This document shows, one piece after another, positions 59,024 through 64,000 of a DNA stretch of 64,000 nt. Numbering within the stretch: position 1 is the stretch's first letter; each line of letters starts with the position of its first letter. The notes beneath the pieces were generated by a model that saw only the letters and a program-made list of their open reading frames with translations, did no database searches and was not told where the DNA came from. The stretch is taken from the NCBI RefSeq assembly GCF_018350175.1, contig NC_058373.1, positions 137,020,001 through 137,084,000 of the forward strand. The letters are read 5' to 3'. Position numbers and translations under genes: made by a program. The stretch is from Felis catus (Eukaryota).

Positions 59024-59659
59024 ACATCAGTCATGCCAGGTCTCAACACCCACCCTCCCCCCCCCCCCCCCCCCCCGAGCGTGATTCTTCCAAGATACTT
59101 ACTGCGGCCTGAAATCTCACCGTTGCGTTCAGGTAGAACAAGATCCAAGAGAAAATTAGGGAAAGCCTCCTGGTCTGAATCTCTTCCCGCTCTGTCCGAG
59201 ACCCCACAGACCACTTAAAGAAAGCAAAGCTTCACGTTAACAGAGCACATGGTGGAAACAACAGTCAGCTGTCCCAAAACACACCCTAGGGGCAGGAGGG
59301 GCCGGGAGCTCAGCGGAGCGCAGCTGGGCATCCTCCATCTGGAAGGGAGGGTGGCTCTCTCAGGACAAGGGGCTAGGGGGCTCAGAGGCTACCAGAGTTC
59401 ATGTGATGGGGGGGGAAGGAAACTGTTAATCAGGAGCTCTTTTGTGCACAAAAATCACACATGTCTACAGGTGCAGATGAATCTAGAAGACTTGGAGGCT
59501 TTGGGCCAGGACAGTAAAAAAATTCAATCTTAGAACATTCCAGCCAAGGCTACCTTTTGCTGAGATAGCTGCTCAACTCTGCCCCCAGCCCGTTTGTAAA
59601 TCCAAATTTCAAGACTCTTCCTTCCATCTCCGGCCCTGAGCAGAATACACTGGTTGAGG

Positions 59660-60616
59660 CAACAGAAGGCTCATTATATGCAGACGCCGTGCGTTATCGT
59701 GATGGCAAAGCCAAGAGAAAGCCTGGAAAGTTGTTGGATGCAATCATCATGTTCAAAATGTTCACGGAGGTGGTCAGTTGAGATGTGAGCCTGTAGTTTT
59801 CCTGTATATGGCATAAAAGGCGGTCATCGGATGGAAGAAAAGGTCTTATGCACAAAAGCAACAAAACGTACAGTATGCCCATGGATAATAAGAATAAGAA
59901 ATGGGCAGGAGTTTTAGGAAAGAAAGAATCAGCATAAAGAAAACCTCAGCATAAAGATAAGGGTAAGAAGAGCTTCTTCTTGTTCTTAGATGCAAAGACT
60001 CTACATGTTATAGGGTATAAATTTCTTCGAGATTGATTTATGGATTCAATATAATTCCTATCCACATTCCAGCAGAACTCTTCCTGGGTTCTGACAAAAG
60101 GATTCTAAAATTCATCTAGAAGGCTCATTTTGTTTTTAAGAAATCCTAGAAAAATCACACAGGACACTTTGCTCCATGAAGTAAAACCACCGTATTAGCA
60201 CGTAAGGTACCAGGGCTCAAAAACACAGACGCTTCATTCTAGCCAAGAGATTCAGGAAACAGATCCATGTGTATATGAGAGTTCGATTTACAAAAGATCA
60301 CGGTTCAAACAGCCTATGGCTATCCAGTTGATCGGGTAACAACTTTCGGGGAAGGTAATCTGAACGAAGATGCTTCGGCCTCCTGTAATCTGCAGGTCCT
60401 TTAAGTGAGCAACTTGAATTCTACCTCTAGAGTTAAAGGGCACGCATCTTGGTGTTTTTAAAATTTGGGAACAACGGAGAAGCCCATTAGAAGAGAATTT
60501 TCAAACTAAAAACTTATGGCACACCTAAAATTTGGAAGATTATACAGTTATTAAAACAAGACATTATCATGTCTAAAAAATGTTTAAGGAGCAGTGTGTC
60601 TAGAAGGGGTCCATTT

Positions 60617-60647
<31 letters not shown>

Positions 60648-60830
60648 CATCTATTTCAGCCTGAATGTATTTACATAAGAAAAACGTATAATAAAAGGCT
60701 AATGGGACTCAGTCTGGGTGGTGGGTTTTTGAGGGACTACATTTTATTTTTCATATTGCTTTTATGGCTTTTATGAAGTGTGTATAATGGGTATGTATGA
60801 TTCATGGAACTAAACATTAATAAAGGCAGC
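59660..60830 (+). mobile_element. Highly decayed old L1M ORF2/3' fragment
   Basis: SLYAD..., ...VVFLY and LIYGFNIIPIHIPA...DKRILKFI remnants of L1 ORF2. Confidence 0.65.
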
Positions 60831-62666
60831 TTTTGTAGAGGGGCTTGAAAAGCCTATTGTTGGCAGAGCAGCTCTGTCTGTCTTCTCCTTTGCTAAACCG
60901 TACAATTGATGACATTAAGTGTCTTACTCATCTAGCTACAGGGCACGTTAGTCCTCAGGAAGAGCCCTCTGGGGGAGCGGAAGTGTCTTAGTGGACACTG
61001 AAAACTCTGCACCCGATTTAGCTTCCTATTTGTCCCGATCACCTGAAACCTGAACTTCAAATTCAAAGCCCCATTGTTCGGACGGTCTTATCTCATCACG
61101 CTAAGTCAGACATCCGTGGCGTACCCTTGATCTTTTTGGAGCCATTGAAGGTGTCACTCACTTGAACAATACTTCTGTGTCTTTTAAAATCAGAACAGAA
61201 AGCATGGTGCCAATATAAAGCCCAGTTCAATCAGCGCTGGATTCCAGGAAGAGACGACGAAAGCGTTTTATGCCCACAAACATCCATGCTGTCTCTTGTC
61301 ACTAAAAGCTATGTAGGTCACATATTTCCCTTTGCTTCAAGAGCCAAGATCTTCTAACTGAATTCAGTGCACAGTGTGGATGATATAAATGAGTGCCAAC
61401 ATTTATTTCTGCATTTTTCAGACTCTTTAAAATGGCCTTTCTTATTATTTTTCATTTTGAGATACCTTCTTTCATACTGTTTCGTTCTGTAAACAGCCTC
61501 AAATCTCGTCGGAAGAAGCATAGATTTGGAGCCCCTTTCCAAGGAGGCCGAGATGACAAGGAAACTGTGACCTTCAGAGACATGTATAGCCCCACAAGCT
61601 TGGAAGAGCCCAGGGCTGCAGGTGGGGATTCAGCCCCTAGGCTGATGGGAACTGGAGACGGGTGTCCTGGGGGCTCTGTCTGGTTTCTCTCACTCATGAG
61701 GCCTGGAGGGAGCTTCCTGAGCGCTCCCAGCCCCAGGGACTCGGGCTTCAGCCTGAGGGGTGACCCCAGAGAGAGGGCGCTGCCTTGGGTGGAGGCATCT
61801 GAGCCAAGCATGTCTCCTGCAGCACGCGAAAGGCGGCAGGCACTGACAGCGAGGCCCAGTGGTGGTGGCCACGATGGGGACGCTCACTCCATCACTCAGC
61901 GACAGGGCACTTGTGGCTGCGTCCCTGTCCTTCGGGCCCAGTCCTGACTCCAGGGGCTCTGATTCTCCAACAGCGCCCCTGACTCCTGGCAGATCTGCCA
62001 ATTCATTCAACCTGCTCTGGCTCGCGAGCGCCCCCTGCCCCTGGGGACCCGCCTCTGTGTCCCCGGTGCAGAGCATCCCTGAGCATGCGCGCAGAAGAGT
62101 CTGGCCGGATGCAGAGTTGAACTTCCCCAGGAAGAGACTCCGTCCCTCTTAGGTTTCCCTTCTCCTTCAACCCGGAGGATTCTCTCGCCTGCCTCTCAAA
62201 CCCCGTCATATCTCAAACCGGTGCCTTTCACTTAATGCAGGGCCGCGGTGGCTGCTGTTTTAGTTTTCCTATGTATAGGGTGAGCGTTTCTAATGCTGCC
62301 TGCTAGTCTATGCTGGGAAGGCACCAGGCTTAGTCCAGGTTTTCCCGTGAGTCCCAAGTGACCTTGGGCAGAACCACTATGTCTTTTGGCCTCAGATGTT
62401 TCTTTAAAGAAAATGGGTGGAGGGAGGAGAGAAGGAAGGAGAAAGAAAAAAAAGAAGACTCTAGATACAGACAACGCAGACCACAGAGTGCCATTCCTTA
62501 GAGTGGGTCACACAGAGCACCCAATCTGTGGGATGCAAAGAAGTTTTATAGGAAAAAAATATTCCTGTGATCCAATGTCCTTGGTAAGTACTGGACTAAA
62601 GAAAGCAAAGCAAGTTTCTTACTGCAGGACTTATCTGTGCCTTTGACATGATTATGCATTTAAAAT

Positions 62667-63126
62667 CTTTTTTTTTTTTTAACGTGTATTTATTTTTGGG
62701 ACAGAGAGAGACAGAGCATGAATGGGGGAGGGGCAGAGAGAGAGGGAGACACACAGAATTGGAAGCAGGCTCCAGGCTCTGAGCCATCAGCCCAGAGCCT
62801 GATGCGGGGCTCGAACTCACGGACCGTGAGATCGTGACCTGTCTGAAGTCGGATGCTTAACCGACTGAGCCACCCAGGCGCCCCTAAAATCTTTTTTTTA
62901 ATTAAAAAATTTTTTAATGTTTATTATTTTTGAGAGAGAGAGACACACACACACAGAGCAAGCAGGGGAGGGGCAGAGAGAGAGAGGGGGAGACACAGAA
63001 TCGGAAGCAGGCTCCAGGCTCCGAGCTGCCAGCACAGAGCCCGATGCGGGGCTCGAACCCACGGACCACGAGATCATGACCTGAGCTGAAGTCGGCCGCT
63101 CAACTGACTGAGCCACCCAGGCGCCC
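62667..63126 (-). mobile_element. Two tandem CanSINEs
   Basis: Heads at about 62884 and 63126; gcatttaaaatcttt flanks the pair. Confidence 0.92.
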
Positions 63127-64000
63127 TGCATTTAAAATCTTTAAGAGGGAGGTACCTAATGAGGTGCCCCCCAAAGTTATTTAGATCTAAGCTCCTTAGG
63201 GGACCCGTGTGTCACACAATCCGTTTTGGGAACATGACAACAGTGCCCTATTTTGTCCTCCCTTACAACCTTGGGACCTCCAGCACTACCTGGCAAATGG
63301 CGGTACTCAATGAGTAGTTTCTAAACAAACGAATGAGTGAATGCATCATTGACTGAACGAATACGCTGCCTATGCACATTAGGAACGCAAAACATATTTT
63401 TAAGTTTAATTGATTAGCTGAAGTCATTCCTAAAGTGCAATTCTATTATGAGGGATTTGACGTGGCCTCTCCTCAACTATATTCAATCCATAAACCTGAA
63501 TTCTTTATGAAGCAGAATTTGGGAGGCAGGGGCCTAGTCTTGGTCTGGTAGGTATCCCCCCGGTAATGGGGTTACTGCAGACAAGGAAAGTCAATCAGTG
63601 CAGAGAAAGGAACCGGCGTTGAGGCGGAGCTCAAGCAGGAGAGAAGGTTCTGGCGTGAGGGTCTTCAGCTCCCTAGACCCAGAGGTCACCAGCAAATTCC
63701 CGGTGCCAGTGCTGAGTGCGAGAAGGGCCACTCTCTCCCCCTTCTCTCTCCTGGGCCACTCTGCGTCTCTCTGTGCATCTACTCCGTTCCTTCTAAGCAT
63801 CCTCCTGCTTTTCCATGGCCTTTAGAGACCCATGACCTTGCAGCTCTAACTCACAGCGCTCTGACAAATTGCCAGGAAGGCCTTGATTGGTCCAGGCCAC
63901 ACTACTCATGGGCAGTCAGCCAGTGGAGCGTTGGTTGCCCCTGAGCCAGGTTCTTTCCCCGGCTGAGTTGGCTCTCCAGGGCTGGAAGATTCCTGAGATG

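Noticed and set aside
5125-63126. tRNA genes or CRISPR-like repeats
   Set aside because: The A/B-box-like heads are tRNA-derived CanSINEs; there is no regularly spaced repeat-spacer array.
60830-64000. SERPINA11 3' exons expected further upstream
   Set aside because: No serpin C-terminal signature found; the gene probably lies beyond the window. The end resembles a MaLR LTR remnant.

Overview
Mammalian genomic DNA from a felid, judged from about 28 CanSINE/SINEC_Fc-type SINEs and carnivore L1 3' ends. It covers the proximal clade-A serpin cluster. (1) An intact SERPINA1 (alpha-1-antitrypsin) lies on the minus strand: hepatocyte exon Ic at about 26800-26845 with TATA/HNF1/FOXA/HNF4 sites, and coding exons 21749-22403, 20101-20371, 18664-18811 and 17799-18035 (436 aa, P1-P1' Met-Ser). 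Its C-terminus is 15 aa longer than human AAT, and the stop codon lies inside the ATTAAA poly(A) signal. (2) Downstream is a SERPINA2-type pseudogene (6112-8072) with a frameshift, stops and loss of exons III+IV. It shares an anomalously young (~95% identical) ~450 bp tract with SERPINA1, consistent with gene conversion. (3) About 15-20 kb upstream of SERPINA1, invisible in the ORF track, is what appears to be a heavily decayed third serpin gene. All four coding exons can be traced in order with near-canonical spacing (~42325-46784, minus strand), interrupted by MIR, SINE and ERVL insertions. The rest is mostly SINE/LINE/LTR/DNA-transposon sequence plus candidate liver enhancer elements. All alignments were done by eye; comparisons with human sequences are from recall.
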